Assembly (NCBI RefSeq): GCF_009834535.1
Contig: NC_045697.1
Span: 97,280,001 to 97,344,000 of the forward strand
From: Camelus ferus
Lineage: Eukaryota
Direction of reading: 5' to 3'
Length of the DNA stretch: 64,000 nucleotides
The notes beneath the pieces are model-generated. The model saw nothing but the letters and a program-made list of their open reading frames with translations. It was not told the origin of the DNA and searched no databases. The translations under genes were made by a program, and so were the position numbers. Positions 1 through 12,759 of this stretch are shown here, piece by piece (within the stretch, counting starts at the first letter, position 1; every line of letters begins with the position of its first letter).

Positions 1-982
1 CATGACATTTCAAATGTATATTATTTGCAGCCACATCATATTATGTGTGTGTGTCTATGATCATCTTTCTCTTTCTCTGTAAGTCCCAAATCAAGACATT
101 AACTGTCAATTTAGGATGATAATTTAAAATAAATGATGAAGAAATTCTGACTTAACTAACACACATATATATAGAAACCTTGTTAAATAATATAATTTTG
201 CAGACCTGTGACTTTATTGATCAAAAACTGAGTATTTCTTAAATGAGACATCTTGGTTCTTACAGTGTCAAAACCTGCATTTTAAAGAGGTCTCAGGAAA
301 TTCTGTCAAAAAACTAAAGAAGATGACTGAAAAGAACAATGAACATCTTCATGTGCTAGGTTTCATACTGAGTCTTTTCAAATTCTGTGGCTTATTTAAG
401 CTTACTTTTTTTAAAAGTGTTGTTTGGTTAACATTCATTAGCCATACCCTGCTGATAACAAGAAATAAACTTAATAGGCAGCTGGGTGAGAATGAATGTA
501 GCAGAGTTGAAATTGCCTTGGGCTAGTGACCCAAAGACTTATTTTTCTCCAGTGCCACTGCTTATTAAACATATTACCAAATAAAATATATATTAAAATT
601 CCCTCTAAAGTCTTTTGAATGTATTATTGAGACTCAGGTATCACTGTACACTGATGTATTAGTTGGCAATATGTGTGCATACATACATATGCATATATCT
701 GTATATACAAATATACACATACATACACATATATGCATATAATCACACAGAAACACACAAGATCATTTATAACATTAATCTGTGGAGCTCAGTACTCATT
801 CTATCAGCACTGGTTTGATCCTCATATCTGATATCCACAATTTTATACTGGAGAAATTGAGTGACACAGGAAAAAGTAATTGTATTTAAAAACATGGTTT
901 AAATAAAAATTCATGTTTTCCTAGCTTAGTTGGATTCTTAATACTATTTATCAGTTGTCTCTGGTCAACATCAGGATCCAGC

Positions 983-2087
983 CTTTTTTTTAATATATTT
1001 TATTAAAGTACAGTCAGTTTATGATGTGTCAATTTCTGGCGTACAGCACAATACTTCAGTCACATAGGAACATACAGATATTCGTTTTCATATTCTGTTT
1101 CACCATAAGTTACTACAAGATATTGAATATAGTTCCCTGTGCTATACAGTATAAACTTGTTGTTTATCTATTTCATATATATTAGTACCTGCAAATCTCA
1201 AACTCCCAATTTATCCCTTCCCATCCCCTTCCCCTCCTGGTAACCACAAGTTTGTTTTCTATGTCTGTGAGTCTGTTTCTGTTTTATAAATAAGTTCATT
1301 TATCTTTTTTTTTTTTAAGATTCCACATATAAGTAATATCATACCATACCATATTTTTCTTTCTCTTTCCAGCTTACTTCACATTCTCCAGGTAATGACA
1401 TTCTCCAGGTTCATCTATGTTGCTGCAAATGGCATTATTTTATTATTTTTTATGGTTTAGTAGTATTCCATTGTATAAATATACCAAATCTTTTTTATCC
1501 AGTCATTTGTTGATGGACATTTAGGTGGTTTCCATGTCTTGGCTATTGTAAATAGTGCTGCTGTTAACATTGGGGTGCTTATGTCTTTTTGAATTAAGGT
1601 TCCCTCGGGATATATGCCCAGGAGTGGGATTGCTAGATCATATGGTAAATCTATTTTTAGTTTTTTGAGGAATCTCCATACTATTTTCCATAGTGGCTAT
1701 ACCAAACTACATTGCCACCAACAATGTAGGAGGGTTCTGTTTTCTCCACAGCCTCTCTAGCATTTACCATTTTGTGAACTGGTATGAGGTGATACCTCAT
1801 TGTAGTTTTGATTTGCATTTCTCTAATAATTAGCAATATTGAGCAGTTTTTCGTGTGCTTATTGACCATTCATATGTCTTCACTGGAATATTGCTTATTT
1901 AGGTCTTCTGCCCATTTTTGGATTGGGTTGTTTATTTTTTTCTTATTAAGTTGTATGATCTGTTTATATATTCTGGAGATTAAGCCCTTGTTAGTCTCAT
2001 CTTTTGCAAATATTTTTTCATATTCTGTAGGTTGTCTTTTTGTTTTGCTTATGGTTTCCTTTGCTATGCAAAAGCTTATAAGTTTAA
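983..2087 (-). mobile_element. 5'-truncated lineage-specific LINE-1 (3' UTR plus ORF2 C-terminus), cetartiodactyl/camelid type
   Basis: Poly-T at ~984-991 is followed by the L1 3' tip 'aagtacagtcagtttatgatgtgtcaatttctgg'. Minus-strand ORFs 1681-1869 ([15 protein letters not shown]) and 1870-2157 ([27 protein letters not shown]) are L1 ORF2p C-terminal sequence. It aligns by eye with the copy at 60388-62344. Confidence 0.95.
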
Positions 2088-2989
2088 AAGGACCCACACT
2101 CTTTAGAGACTTTTCTAAACACTTTTTGTTATTAAAAAAATCTATAAATCTAGTCACCTCATTCTTAAATCTGCATCTATGTCATGCTTTCTTCTTCTAA
2201 TAGCTTATTGTGAAGACTGAGTTGTATGCACATCATCCAATTCCCAGCTCAAGAAAGATATTCTATTTACCATATCCTCTTTTTCCTCTAATGGAGTCAC
2301 TACCTATCTACCAGTTTTTGGGGTTTTTTTTTTTTTGTATTATACTGTAATCTGTTCAGCTTTCTGACTCTTAAAATGATCCTCCTTTAACTTCTGATAC
2401 CTTTTTCCTTTCCATCTCAGGCACACCTCTTGCAAGAATACTTTTCATGTTCCCACCCACAATTCATAGGTCATTGCAGGCTAACATATGCTCCAACCCT
2501 GCTGGTAAAGGTGTACAATGATCTGATTGCTAATTTACTGTAAATTTCTCTTTGTCATACTTGAAATTTCAGGAGAGTTTAACAGTCTTCTTTTTAAATA
2601 TTGTGAAGCCACAGATGCCATAATGGTGTGTTCTCCTCAGTCTTCTACCTCTCTTTTTATTCTCTTAGATTTTTTTAATTTGATCCTCTGTCTTTCTCTT
2701 CGATATTGATGTCTTTGTGACTGATGCTTTAAAATATTTTTTATTTAGCATTAACAATCCTTTTATAATTTTGACCCAACCTTTTCAACAATAGCTACTA
2801 AATGTCTTTTTCTAACCCAGACCACTCCTATTAATGTTTATGGAGCTTAGTAGGTAGATATTAAATAATTCACTGAATATTGACCTAGATTTCTGAGAAA
2901 CATTTTAAGTGCATCATCTTCTGAATTCAGCTAATCATATTTTCCCTGAATTTGTTATTTTTCTTGAGTGCTCTTTTTGGTGGCTCTTT

Positions 2990-3467
2990 CTAATTCCCAA
3001 ACAGAAACTTAAGAGTCATGCCAGAATCTTCTCTAGTTGTTTTCCCTACATCAAATTATTATCAGTGACTCTCCCTTCCTATTTATCAAGTCTATCCATT
3101 AGTCTTTTCTTTCAAATATTAACACAGTCTCTCATCAGCTCTCTTGCAAATTCTTTCATACCCTCCTGCTTATTGTCTTGTCCTCTCCTCCTTTATTCTT
3201 CCCATGGCCACAGAAGTGATTCCTCTAAAACACACACCTTAACTTGAGTCTCCTGCTTACAATTCTTATGACCCCTAGTTTCTTATACTTAAAAGCCCAA
3301 ACTCCTTAGTTTGCTTATAAAAGCTTTCTTTGATATGGTCCCTATCTAAATTTCTTACCTCATGTCTTTTAAACTTACTTTAAGTTTTAGTAGAATAGAT
3401 ACATTATACACCCATTCTTCATATATATATATATGTATTTCTTCAGTTAAGAATAGTTTTGTACACA

Positions 3468-3500
<33 letters not shown>

Positions 3501-3770
3501 TCTTTCACACTCATACTTCATCAGCCTGGCATGGATAGCTAGAAAAGCTTCTTCACACTCATAGAGAGAGTTAATTACTACCATATTTGTGACAGTCCTT
3601 ACATTGTGCATGCTTCTTACTATTGAATTTACTCTCTTGAACTGCCATGAACTTGTGTCTATATTTGTTTGATTACCACAGTGTTCTAGAAGCTGCTTTG
3701 TGCAAAGAGCATCTTACTCTTTCATTCATCTTCAGTATGAAGGGAGTCAAAAAAATATATGGTGAATAAA
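2990..3770 (+). mobile_element. Degenerate LINE-2 3' region, interrupted by microsatellites
   Basis: L2-like motifs such as 'aaaagcccaaactccttagtttgc...tggtccctatcta' and an L2-like tail near 3750-3770. Recalled similarity; boundaries approximate. Confidence 0.5.
3469..3498. repeat. (CA)n microsatellite
   Basis: Pure AC run seen directly; a short (AT)n lies at 3421-3433. Confidence 0.95.
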
Positions 3771-5488
3771 AAAGTGGATAAGCATTTATGTTTGTGAGGA
3801 TTGGTATGATACTTTACTGATGTAGAAAGGAGATGAAGCACCATCCAAACATACACTAATAAGATTTCATGAGGAGCTGTGAGCATGCTGCAAAGAACCT
3901 GAACTCTCTTTGCTTCCCAAATAGTGTGTAGACATACTTCCCAGTTGGCTCTGTCATATGATCTATGACAAAAATAGCATATAAGACTCTCTCTAAATTA
4001 AAATATAATCCTCTGGGTATAGGTGTTACTGAAAACATAGACAATTCCCATATTATAAAAAAGGTTTTATTAAATATTTTTTCTTTTAATTTAGCCATAT
4101 AGAACTCAGAAGCTTTTTTTCTATGAAGTACCATTGTGAACTTTTAATTTTCCCAAACAGGTCTCAAAAGACAGTTCTACCCATAAAACATCTGATTATA
4201 ATGGAGAGTTCTCTTTCAATTGTACTTAACCATTATTCTCAAATAAGTATGTTCAAAAACACACGTTTTCCCCTTCTGAAGATGCTCCATCTCCCACCAA
4301 AGTGTTCTTTAATCAGAATACTGAATCTTAGACAAGAAATGGGATGCGGATTTGAGGTTTTTATATTTCATTAAGTTATCTACATTTTTGTAATAGTGTT
4401 TTCATGCACTTAAAAAGGTAGTCATGACATTGATATTCCCATTATATCCTACACATTGTGGTAGGTATTACTGAAGAAACGCAGAAATCTAAGACACTGG
4501 CTAAGTTTTAAGGACGGTAGAAAAAATAAGGAACTCAATTTCCCTACTTGCCTATCACATAAAATACTCAATATTAATAAATGTGGCTGGGGAAATGTGG
4601 GCTGAGGATATTTCTTATGGATCCTTGAATGTCATGCTAAGAGCTTTATCCCTAAGTATGATACATGAAGATGTCATTAAAAGCTTTGGAAGTACACTTT
4701 AGGAAGTTTAGTTAGGAAGCAATAGGATTGAAAGCTTAATAGGGAGAATGACTATTAGAAGACCAGTTATGCCACTGTAATAGTTTGGTTTCTTTTCTTA
4801 AAATAGAAAAACAGTGATCAGGTATCTCCAGTGTAGTAACAAAAGCCTGCCTGTATAGTGGTTTCAGTACTTAACAGGAATTACTACATTTAAGGTTTGA
4901 AAGAAAGCTCAAATATTTCACATTAGGTACCTTTATATTAGGCATCTAAAGCAAATAACTATTTTTTGAGAAAATATCTCCTTTGTCTGTCACAATGATG
5001 GATAATCAGATTGTATAGAAATATATACCCTGAGGATGAAAATGCTTTGAAAAATATGTGATTTCCCATCTGTTATACAGAAAACAAGGCTGATTTCATA
5101 AAATATTGTAGATATGTCAACTCTGAAAGCCTGAAAATAATGCTCCTGACTAATAAAAAATTAAATTAACAAGAGAAGTAAAGTTAAAAAAACTGAAACT
5201 TTAACAGATGCTCAAAGAAACCCTGATATTAATAAGCATTTTGAGGCAAGCCTAATTTTTTGGATCACTGAGATCCCACTCTACAGTGGCTGGTTACAGG
5301 AAAATACTAAGCACCATGAGGAAATGTGAAAATTAAAGAATTTAGTGGCAACATATATGCCGTCACACTCTGGCATTTTCCTTTTCAAGATTTCATAACA
5401 GAAGAAATTGGCATGTGGTTGTTTATGGCAACTGTCTTTTTCTATCAAAAGGAGGAAAAACTTCGGTTTATTAATTTTTCTTCTTACA

Positions 5489-5523
5489 TACACACACAAC
5501 ACACACACACACACACACACACA
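5489..5523. repeat. (CA)n microsatellite
   Basis: Seen directly. Confidence 0.95.
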
Positions 5524-5724
5524 AAAGAAAAATGCCATCATTTATAGCTGGAAAGTTATATTATACTTAAAGATACATATTTTAAAATCTAAACTGAAAA
5601 GTTTGAAAATTTTTAAAGGAAATTTCTTTTAACATTGAGAAAATGCTTAGGTCTCCCTTTCCTCTCAAGTTGAAAGGTATGTAATTGTGAATATTGAGTC
5701 CTCAGTAAACTATAACATTTAGAT

Positions 5725-8700
5725 GTCTTATGTTCCAGTAATTTTCCTTTCAGGCCCTTGACCAGTCAAGTCATTGGTCACTGTTAAAAATCTGCACATA
5801 GTCTCACCTTGAGCCACTCTTTCTTCTGTATAAAGTAGATGGCCAGGTGCACTACTCACAGTTCTGCCCAGTGGGAAGGTATTTCCTGAATGGCTTTCAG
5901 AATCACCCCTGAATGTGACTGTCATGTAGCTTTCATCCATTCTTTGCATTTGCCTTCAAATCGAACTGGCCTATACATAAATGAGAAATTGGGAATTTTC
6001 CACCTCTGTTAGCTACTGATATGGACTTCCTACCGTCTAATCTGGGGTAGAGACTCTGGTAAAACTGTGGTGGGTGACCTGGGGGGTCTGGAATCCCTGC
6101 TCACTCAGTTTATCCATGGCTATTCTTCCTGCTCAATCTCAGATACACTATTTCCATTTTAGGATGAACTGCCATTTCATCCTACCCAACTTTCATGACT
6201 TGAAGATTGTCTTAGTCGGTTCGGACTACTATAACAAAATACCACTGAATGGATAGTTTGTAAACAACAGAAATTTATTTCTCACAATTCTGGAGACTGG
6301 AAGTCTGAGATCAGGGTAGCAGCCTGGTTGGATGAGGGCCCTCTTCCAGGTTACAGACTTCTCATTGTATCCTTACATGATGGGAGGGGCTGGGATCTCT
6401 CTGGAGTCTCTTTTATAAGAGCACTAATCCCATTCATGATGGTTCCACCCTCATGACCTAATCACCTCCCAACGGCTTTACCTCATAATGCCATAACAAT
6501 CAGAAGTTAGGATTTTAACATATGAATTTTGGGGGGAAAAGTGTTCAGACCATAGCAGAGCATCTAAAATAACCTAGATCATAGGAGCAGCCCTGTATAT
6601 ATGGTCATTTGGTGGCCTATCATCTAGTGTTCCATCTGTGCAGAATCCCAGCAGCATGCGAAGAGCTACTCCTAGAAAGGTGCTTAAAACTCTACTCAGG
6701 ATGGGTTGGGTTTTTCCAGTCTCAGGGGACTTTGTTGTGATTTTTTTTATGGGGGCTTGACAGATACTACATACTGTATTGTTTTTCAGTGATGGACATC
6801 TCTAGCACCATAGGGCTTAAGGTGTCACATGGACCCAGAGGTATAACAGCTTGCCTTATACCTGAGACCTACCATAAAGCCCTTTTGTGCTCCAGGTGCC
6901 ACTCAAAATTGGATAGCCTCTGACACTCAAGTCTGTGTCACCCAGCATGTCGGGCTGGAGCAGTATTCCTAGATCTGGAATATGTTGCCTCAAGAACTCA
7001 AAGAGGTCTATCAAGGGCTGTGTTTCATTCATTGTGGTTAGGGACTGATATGCCTGCAAATAAAAACTAACTTAAGTGGCAGGACATCTTAAGAGAGTTT
7101 ATTTTCCACCCCCTGGAGCATATGTGTGGTACAACAGGGCTCTAAATAATTTAGCCACCTCTTGATCAACCTGATCTCACTGCTTTAATGGATCAGTGTA
7201 ATATCCTATAGACTAAGGTGGCCCAATGTTAGCTGGACTTCAGCTCGGACTCCATTTACTGCCTGGCCCCATAAATCTCCATTCTAAGAGTGGGATCATA
7301 ATGATACGGTGAGTCTCCAGGTATCAACGCCAACTCAGACTTTTTGTCCAATAATCTTCAAAATGTATAAGAACCACTTTCTCCAGAGTACTTGAGTAAA
7401 TGTCCATCATTTCCTTTGGGCACGGCCTGGAGAAATCATTACTGTCCATATTCACTGCAGTCTTGTAAGTTCTTCCAACTTAGAAATCTAGAGACCAGTT
7501 CAGTCAATAGATTCAAGTTTAAAAATTGGCTCAGGACAGAATTCTAAACAGAAAATCATATTTTCAGTTTCTAGCTCCTCTAATTTTTGCCTTATTCTAG
7601 GTGTAGATACTACTTTTGGCTGCCTGTCTGTCTTGTTCCTGTTCCCCCAGAACACCATATTCTGTAAACCATTTCCACAGTTCTTTGTGGGTCAGTTGTT
7701 TTTCTACCTTACTGCTTCTTATGACAATTTTAGTTTCCTGGCCCATTCTGTGGTTAAGTGATGCCATCTGGTCTTTGCTAATTCAGGGCCCGATCAGCCC
7801 CATGTAGGATTCAGCTCTATGACTGACCTCCTTTCCTACTCATAGTCCTTGTCTGCAGGACAAATGAACTTGATAGTGATGCTTGTGCTCCTTGAAACAA
7901 CTCACTCTTTGTGTGTCCTCTGGGACACGTAATCTTGTAGTGCTTTTTTTGACTTAACATAATACATCCATTGCCACATGTCTATTTCCTTTTATGGAAG
8001 TAGACTTTTTCATGCTTTTCTCTGCTCTCTGCCAGGGCAACTCAGTCATTTTGACATGACTCAGAAATGACCATTGCTTTTTCCAGGCCTCTAAAAGTCA
8101 CAAGAGCAGTGGGTTTACCCCTTCCTCCAGGGTCTTTGTCAGGGTGTTAAATCCTGTGTCCCCAGGGACTGCTCTAAATCACTGAATTCTTCTTTATCCT
8201 GTCTTATATTCTGAATCCCTTGATTAGATTCCAGCCTCGGAGGTAGTTTCTTGACTCTTGTACATGCTAGCTATTTTTTACAGCTCCTTGGGAATATAAT
8301 CTCTTTCTTCCTCTATCACCAAGGTATTGGTCCAGTGTCCAAGAGAGGAAATGGGGACCACTCCTTAAGGAAGCTCCTCTAACTGCTGTTCTGAGAGGAG
8401 GAAGCTTCTTCAGTGTCTTTGGCACAGATATGCTAATTCTTTCTAGGGAAAGGTGAGCACTTATGCCAGCTCTGAGGGATGGGGAGGGTCTCCAGAGACA
8501 ACATCCTTGGGGCAAAAACACAGATATTTCCACCTCATATCTCAGGGTCCAAAGTTCTTCCAACCAGGATTTGACCTTAGCATAACAGATCTTCAGCAGA
8601 GCATTTAAATGTTTCTAGAGCCCTGCAATTTTCAGTTTTCTGCTCAGCTGTGTTTGTTCTTCTCAAAGAAAGAAAAGCAACTTTTAAAGCCACTAAAATG

Positions 8701-8995
8701 CCACTCTGAATCTTGCCTGTAGCCTTTAATTGCTGGTCTTCAGCTTCTCATTTTCATTCTGCATGCCATCAAGGCAACTTGGCAGTACTCAGACAACTCC
8801 ACTGACTTTGTAGGCTTTGTTCTCCTCTATCTTTCAAGTGTCTAAATTATCTCACTTTCAAGACCTTTTTCGTTGACTGGAACATTTTCCAGAGTTACTG
8901 TTGGTGAAGTACTTGGCAATTGTGCTACCAGCTTGTTTCAGTTACTTTCTCTGTTCCTCTCTTACCACTCAGATGGCCTTCATTTTGCCCACAGA
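5725..8995 (-). mobile_element. Degenerate class III ERV (ERVL; HERV16/ERV3-16A3-like) internal region: gag, protease, RT thumb/connection and RNase H relics
   Basis: Manual minus-strand translation gives gag motifs 'DTGFNTLTKTLEEGVNPLLL*LLEAWKKQWSFLSHVKMTELPWQ' (~8030-8165) and 'KICYAKVK...DPEI' (~8535-8595). Protease reads 'LLDKKSELALIPGD...GQAVNGVRAEVQLTLG' (~7220-7360; ERVL has LLDTGSELTLIPGD). RT thumb in ORF 6856-7059 reads 'LIDLFEFLRQHIPDLGILLQP' (ERVL has LVGLFGFWRQHIPHLGVLLRP). An RNase H 'QWAEL' motif lies near 5860-5875. Many stops and frameshifts. Confidence 0.9.
6208..6557 (-). mobile_element. MaLR solo LTR (MLT1A/MLT1A0-like) nested in the ERVL pol region
   Basis: TG...CA bounded, 350 bp. 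Carries the typical MLT1A antisense motifs 'aacaacagaaatttatttctcacaattctggagactggaagtctgagatc' and 'catatgaattttgggggg...ttcagaccatagca'. ERVL pol resumes on both sides. Confidence 0.92.
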
Positions 8996-9087
8996 GATTT
9001 GCTTGTATGTTTTATGTATAAATTCAATTACATCACAGCAAGAATCTCTTAACATCCCAGTTTGTCTGATTTAAATCTGTGTTCTGG

Positions 9088-9556
9088 ATATTCAGGGTCT
9101 TTTGTGGTTCCATACAAATTTTAGGATTGTTTTTCTATTTATGTGAAAAATGCCATTTGAATTTTGTTAGGTATTGCATTGAAACATTTTAACAATATTA
9201 ATTCCTCCAATCCATGAGCATAGAATACCTTTCCATTTATTTGTATTGTCTTCAGTCTCTTTCATCAATATCTTGTATTCTTCAGTGTACAGGTATTTCA
9301 CTTCCTAATTAAATTCATTTCAAGGGGATTTACTCTTTTTGATGCTATTGTAAGTGGGATTGTTTTCTTCATTTCTTTTTCAGATAGTTTGTTGTTGGTG
9401 TATAGAAATACAACTAATTTTTATATGTTGATTTTGTATCCTAAACTTCACGGAATTTTTTATTGGTTTTAACAGTTTTTGGTCTTTAGGGTTTTCTATA
9501 TATAATAATATGTCATCTTAAAATAGAGACAATTTTACTTCTTCCTTTCTGGTTTG
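9088..9556 (-). mobile_element. Inverted 5' segment of a twin-primed LINE-1 (ORF2 RT region)
   Basis: Minus strand reads QTRKEEVKLSLF*DD-ILLYIENPKD through to LKFVWNHKRP. It abuts a plus-strand segment that resumes at NKAG, the next part of ORF2. Confidence 0.9.
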
Positions 9557-11155
9557 GAACAAAGCTGGAGACATCAAATATCCTGATTTAAAACTATATT
9601 CCAAAGCTATAGTTATCAAAACAGTATAGTATTGGCATAAATAAACAGACACATAGATCAATGGAACAGAATAGATAGCCCAGAAATAAACCCATGGCCA
9701 ACTAATATTTGACAAAGAACCAAGAATATGCAATGAGGAAAGGATAGTTTCTTCAATGAATGTTGTTGGGAAAACTGAATAGCCACAAGGAAAAAGAATG
9801 AAACACCTCTATCTTGCACTATACACAAAAATGAAGACAAATGGATTAAAGACTTGAATTTAAGAGCTGAATCCATAAAAATCTTACAAGAAAACATAGG
9901 GAAAGAGCTCCTTGACATTGGTTTTCGTAGAGATTATTTGAATTTGACACCAGAAACAAAGGTTACAAAGTGAAAATAAAGTGGGACTTCATCAAACTAA
10001 AAAGCTTCTACCCAGCAGAGGAGACTGTGAACAAAATGAAAAATGAACCTATGAAATGGAAGAAAATATTTGAAAACCATGTATTCAATAAGAAGTTAAT
10101 ATCTAAAATATACAGGGAACTCATACAACTCAAGAACAACAAAAATGACAATTTAAAAATGAGCAAAGTACCTAAACAGACATTTTTCCAAAGAAGATAT
10201 ACAGATGGCCAACAGGTTCATGGAAGGTGCTCAATATCACTAATCATCAGGGAAATTTCAAATCAAAACCACCGTGAGATACTACCTCACACTTGTTAGG
10301 ATATCTATTATCAAAAAGTCCAAGAGATGACAAATGCTGAAGAAGGTGTGGAGAAAGAGAACTCTTATGTACTGTTGATGGGAATGTAAACTGGTACAGT
10401 CAATATGGAAAACAGTATGTTTCCTCAAGCAGTTAATAGTAAAATACCGTATGATCCAGCAATTCCACCTCTGGTTATTTATTCAAGGAACATAAAAACA
10501 CTAATGCAAAAGGGTATATGCATCCCTGTGTTCATTGTAACATTATTTACAATAGCCAAGACATGGAAGCAAGCTATGTGGTGTCGATTAGTGGCTGAAT
10601 GAGTAAAGAAGATGTGATATATATGAATATTATATGAATATTACTCAGCCATAACCAAGAAGGAAATATTGCCATTTTCAACAACATGCATGGATCTTGA
10701 GGGCATCATGCTACGTGAAATGTCAGATAAGGAAAGACAAATACTATATCTCAATATATATGAAATTTAAAACAACAGCAACAACAACAAAAATGAACAC
10801 ATAGACACAGAGAACAGATTGATGGTTGCCAGAGGCAGAGAGTCAGAGGATGAGTAAAATGGGTGAAGGTGGTCAAAAGGAACAAACTTCCAGTTATAAA
10901 ATAAATAAGTCATCGTGATGTAGTGTAGAACATGGTGACAATAGTTGATAATACTGTATTGTATATTTCAAGTTACTAAGAGAGTAGATCTTAAAGGTTC
11001 TCATCACAAGAAAAAGAATTTTTGTAACTGTATAGTGATGGATATTGACTAGACTTAGTGTAGTGACCATTTCTCAATACTGTATACACAAATATTGAAG
11101 CATTATGTTGTACACTGAAAACAAATATAATATGTCAATTAAATCCTTGTTTAAA
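9557..11155 (+). mobile_element. LINE-1 ORF2 3' part and 3' UTR (non-inverted segment of the same element)
   Basis: ORFs 9970-10299 (KWDFIKLKSF...WKKIFENH) and 10405-10602 (PYDPAIPPL...IPVFIVTLFTIAKTWKQ) are ORF2p. The 3' UTR ends at 'tatgtcaattaaatccttgtttaaaaa'. Confidence 0.93.
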
Positions 11156-11868
11156 AATGAAAATTAGAACTACCATACAATCCAGCAATCTCATTTTTGG
11201 GTTTATATCCAAAGGAAAAGAAATCATTTTCTTGAGGAGATATCTGTACTCCCATGTTCATAGCAGCATTATTCACAACAGTCAAGGTATGGAAACAACT
11301 TAAGTGTCTATTGATGGATGAATGGATAAAGAAAATGGCATATATATATACACACACACACACACATACATATATATATGCATATTTATATATATATATA
11401 CATACACACACATACAATGAAATATTACTCAGCATTACAAAAAAAAAAAAAAAAGGAAATCCTGTCATTTGTGACAACACAAATGGATCTTAAGGGCATT
11501 ATGCTAAGTGAAATAAGCCAGGCAGGGGAAAATAAACACTGTATGGTATCTCTTATATGTGGAGTCTAAAAAAAGAAAAAAGTATCTAATTCACAGAAAC
11601 AGAGGGTAGAAAAGCGATTGCTAGGGACTCAAGGGAAATAGGAAAGTTTGATAAATGGGTACAAACAATCAGTTATAAGTTGAATAAGGTCTACAAATCT
11701 AATGTATAACATTGTGACCATAGTTGCTAAAATCCTGTATTGCATAGTTAATTCTCTTGGGGAAAATCCTTTCACAATGTATACATATATCATCAAATCA
11801 TCATATTGTACTCTTTAAATATCTCACAATTTTATTTGTTATTTATATCTCAATAAAACTGTAACAAA
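11156..11868 (+). mobile_element. Second, older-type LINE-1 3' end (L1MA/L1MB-like), probably 3'-transduced
   Basis: ORF 11254-11493 ([28 protein letters not shown]). It ends with 'tatatctcaataaaactg' (AATAAA at 11852-11857) and contains a (TA)/(CA) tract at 11341-11415. Confidence 0.88.
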
Positions 11869-12084
11869 ATCTGTAATTAAAGTAACTACCAGGAAATGCC
11901 AAAAACAATAACAAAACACAAAAACCTGTGGTCTGGCCATTATTGCTAATAGCACCTTCATTCACATTCTCAGGAGCCTACTTTGCATGATAAACTTTAT
12001 GGTCATCCTAATTAGAACAAAACTCTCCTATATTTTACCCACATCACAGATATATACTCTTAGCTCTGTCGGTGATAAAGCTAT

Positions 12085-12280
12085 AATTTGTTGAGCATTA
12101 TATTCTGGGTTAAATTTCATTTACTTTATCTCATTTAATCCAGTAAGTTATCATCTCTCATTTCTAAAATGAGGAACCAGAGTGTTGAGAGTGATTAAAT
12201 AAATTGCCAGATATTATCTAGCTGATAAGGAGTAGAAAAAGAATGTGAAACCAGATCAGTCTGATTCCATAAAATCTATA
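12085..12280 (-). mobile_element. MIR SINE relic
   Basis: Core 'ctcatttctaaaatgaggaaccagag...ttaaataaattgcc'. Confidence 0.6.
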
Positions 12281-12337
12281 TTATGATCCTTTCTATTCAT
12301 ACTTATTGACGCATTTTTTAAATTAATTGAAAATAGT

Positions 12338-12450
12338 TCCATTTCTGTCACTAATTCCATTGGGCCTTAGTTTCCTCATCTCTAAAAGAAAGAGGCTGGA
12401 TATATCATTTCAAATGTTTCTTTTAATAGGGATCTAAAATTCTATGATTT
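12338..12450 (+). mobile_element. MIR3/MIRc-like fragment
   Basis: 'tgggccttagtttcctcatctctaaaa' plus the tail 'ctaaaattctatgatt'. Confidence 0.6.
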
Positions 12451-12759
12451 AAATTAAGAAGCTGGCTTTATTACTATGGCTATCAAAGCAGTTAACTGTG
12501 GCCTGAATTTTGCAAACACTGGAGAAACATACCCAGTTAGAAATATAGTTGTAGAAGATTCTTTTAAAAGCAGCTGCCAAATTTCATGGAGAGTTTAATT
12601 ATTCTTTTGAAAAATGACATTTCTGTAAGGGCAATACCTTAGAGATAACTTAATATTATTCAGTAATACCAAATATTGATATCTCATACCCATTCTTTTT
12701 CTTTAATTTAATTTTTATTTTTAACATAGTTTCAACAATCAAAAGGATCCATTAAGCCT

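Noticed and set aside
973..2100. Possible TSD around the first L1 (aggatccagcc vs aggacccacac)
   Set aside because: Too degenerate to assert.
1808..2200. Hydrophobic plus-strand ORFs (also 61244-61606) resembling membrane proteins
   Set aside because: They are the antisense reading of L1 ORF2.
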